From Syntrophorhabdaceae bacterium (GTDB lineage: Bacteria; Desulfobacterota; Syntrophorhabdia; Syntrophorhabdales; Syntrophorhabdaceae), in the NCBI GenBank assembly GCA_963665295.1, contig OY762209.1, positions 1,184,001 to 1,248,000 on the forward strand: a stretch of DNA of 64,000 bases. Reading direction: 5' to 3'. The notes under the pieces are model-generated. The model saw nothing but the letters and a program-made list of their open reading frames with translations. It did no database searches and was not told where the DNA came from. The translations under genes and the position numbers were made by a program. Every line of letters starts with the position of its first letter. Position 1 is the first letter of the stretch. Positions 62,341 through 64,000 of this stretch are shown here, in pieces.

Positions 62341-62368
62341 TTGACATACGCAACGAATATCGTATAAT
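62341..62368 (+). promoter_or_regulatory. Sigma-70 promoter of panB
   Basis: TTGACA-N16-TATAAT. Confidence 0.8.
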
Positions 62369-62410
62369 TACCTTCACAGCTTAACTAAACGCCTTTAAGG
62401 GGGAGAGAAT

Positions 62411-63226
62411 ATGAGCAGAAAAAAGGTCACCATTGCCGAGTTACAGGAAAAGAAGGTGAGGAAAGAGAAAATCACCATGGTCACCGCCTACGATTATCCT
62501 ACCGCGAGAATATTGGATCAGGTTGAGATCGACACGGTCCTTGTGGGCGATTCCGGGGGCATGGTTGCCCTCGGGTATGAATCAACGGTGCCCGTTACCA
62601 TGGATGAGATGCTGGTCCTCTCCAAAGCGGTTGCCAGGGGCATTAAAAGCGCCTTTCTTATTGCGGATATGCCTTTCATGTCCTACCAGGCAAGTGACGA
62701 GAGGGCCGTTGAAAACGCCGGGCGTTTGATCAAAGAGGCGGGGTGTGACGCGGTGAAACTGGAGGGAGGAAGTGAATTCGCTTCCACGGTCAGGGCCATT
62801 GTCAGGGCAGGGATACCTGTATGCGCCCACATAGGCCTGACCCCCCAGACGGCGACCATGCTGAGCGGGTTCAAGGTGCAGGGGAAAGACGCGGAAGGAG
62901 CCGGGAGGCTTATGCAATCGGCCAAGGACCTTGAAGAGGCGGGGGCCTTCATGATCGTCTTTGAATGCGTGCCGGAATCCCTGGCAGCGAAGATCACGGA
63001 AGAATTGAAGATCCCCACCATAGGCATCGGCGCAGGGAAGTACTGTGACGGGCAGGTCCTTGTGTACCATGACGTGGTGGGTCTCTTCGAAAGGTTCACC
63101 CCCAAGTTCGCCAAGCAATTCATCAACCTTACGCCCATGATCCGGGATGCGGTCAGCCGGTACAAGACGGAAGTGGAGACAGGGGTTTTTCCCGGCCCTG
63201 AGCATACCTTTACCGTGAAGAGCTGA
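62411..63226 (+). CDS. panB: 3-methyl-2-oxobutanoate hydroxymethyltransferase
   Basis: TAYDY, LVGDS, ADMPF, VKLEGG, HIGLTPQ, IGIGAG..DGQVLV. Confidence 0.97.
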   Translation: MSRKKVTIAELQEKKVRKEKITMVTAYDYPTARILDQVEIDTVLVGDSGGMVALGYESTVPVTMDEMLVLSKAVARGIKSAFLIADMPFMSYQASDERAVENAGRLIKEAGCDAVKLEGGSEFASTVRAIVRAGIPVCAHIGLTPQTATMLSGFKVQGKDAEGAGRLMQSAKDLEEAGAFMIVFECVPESLAAKITEELKIPTIGIGAGKYCDGQVLVYHDVVGLFERFTPKFAKQFINLTPMIRDAVSRYKTEVETGVFPGPEHTFTVKS

Positions 63227-63273
63227 GAAGACGGCATTGCTCAGAAGAAGGCTCGCATGATCAGGGAGGGTGT

Positions 63274-63741
63274 ATGGCAGTCGAAAAGAGAAATATCGAT
63301 GACCTCGATGCAAAGATAATCGCCATCCTTCAGTCGGACGGCAGAATAAGCAACACGGAAATAGGGAAGTCCCTCGCAGTCTCGGAGGCAACGATACGGG
63401 GGAGAATAAAACGCCTCATGGATGATGAAATTATCCAGATCGTTGCAGTATCGAATCCTCTCAAGCTCGGGTTTGAGATCACCGGTGATCTCTATATCAC
63501 CGTTGACATGAGAAAGATGGAAAATGTAATAAAGTCGATCAGTAAATTCAAAGAATTATGGTACATAGTCGCCACAACGGGCAGGTCCAATCTGAACGCC
63601 GAATTTGTCGTCAAAGACCTGGAAGACCTTCACGATCTTGTATACAACCGCCTCAGCCGCATAGACGGCATACAACAGGTGGAGACTGCCGTTATTATAA
63701 AATATGTAAAACGGAGGTATGACTTCGGGACTCCCCCTTGA
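63274..63741 (+). CDS. Lrp/AsnC-family transcriptional regulator
   Basis: DDLDAKIIAILQSDGR..SEATIRGRIKRL; GGGAGG RBS. Confidence 0.93.
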   Translation: MAVEKRNIDDLDAKIIAILQSDGRISNTEIGKSLAVSEATIRGRIKRLMDDEIIQIVAVSNPLKLGFEITGDLYITVDMRKMENVIKSISKFKELWYIVATTGRSNLNAEFVVKDLEDLHDLVYNRLSRIDGIQQVETAVIIKYVKRRYDFGTPP

Positions 63742-63802
63742 TTGAAGGGAAAGAATCGATGTCAGGATATCGGCGTGTTCACAGGGGCATGGGGCAACAG
63801 CT

Positions 63803-64000
63803 TCATCTGATGACCAGCTTTGACCCGTAACAGCACTTTACGAGTTCGTCGAATACTCCGGGCTCGACATTGACGCATCCGCCCGTGATCCTGTTGCGGC
63901 GCTTCGGGTCCGGACTCTTAAGCCGGACGAGCCTCTGCTGGCCGCGCACGTCGATCACCCGATGGATACAATAGAGGTCGTTCCTTGTTTCCTTGAATGA
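63803..64000 (-). CDS. Partial L,D-transpeptidase (YkuD-like) C-terminus
   Basis: Manual translation ..YCIHRV..RITGGCVNV..KLVIR*; open to the window edge. Confidence 0.6.
   Translation of the reverse strand, partial: SFKETRNDLYCIHRVIDVRGQQRLVRLKSPDPKRRNRITGGCVNVEPGVFDELVKCCYGSKLVIR

Overview
GC-rich chromosomal window from an anaerobic deltaproteobacterium (Desulfobacterota-like; inferred from protein style, not tested). Positions 1-25023 hold one minus-strand, largely translationally coupled type II FAS/PKS lipid cluster that continues off the left edge. It encodes 4 complete ketosynthases, 2 CLF-like KS, 2 ACPs, FabG, 2 dehydratases, a thioesterase, PlsC- and LpxL-like acyltransferases, GT2-DUF2062, MMPL, LolA, a PagL-like enzyme, a methyltransferase, a CrtI-like FAD oxidoreductase and three tandem B12-binding radical SAM enzymes. 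It resembles aryl-polyene and 'ladderane-related' clusters; its product is unknown. The middle has accessory genes, groESL with a CIRCE-like site, a frdX-like gene with a class II Crp/Fnr-type promoter, a MosB-like gene, an intact IS256-family element (8-bp TSD) next to a leucine attenuator, and leuA. The right part has the tRNA-tuf-rpmG-secE-nusG-rplKAJL-rpoBC cluster, convergent cpoB-pal-tolB, panB and an Lrp regulator. Three ~35-nt-periodic acceptor-stem-like hairpins follow tRNA-Gly, the first a complete Gly microhelix ending UCCA. All calls come from reading motifs by eye; no searches were run.
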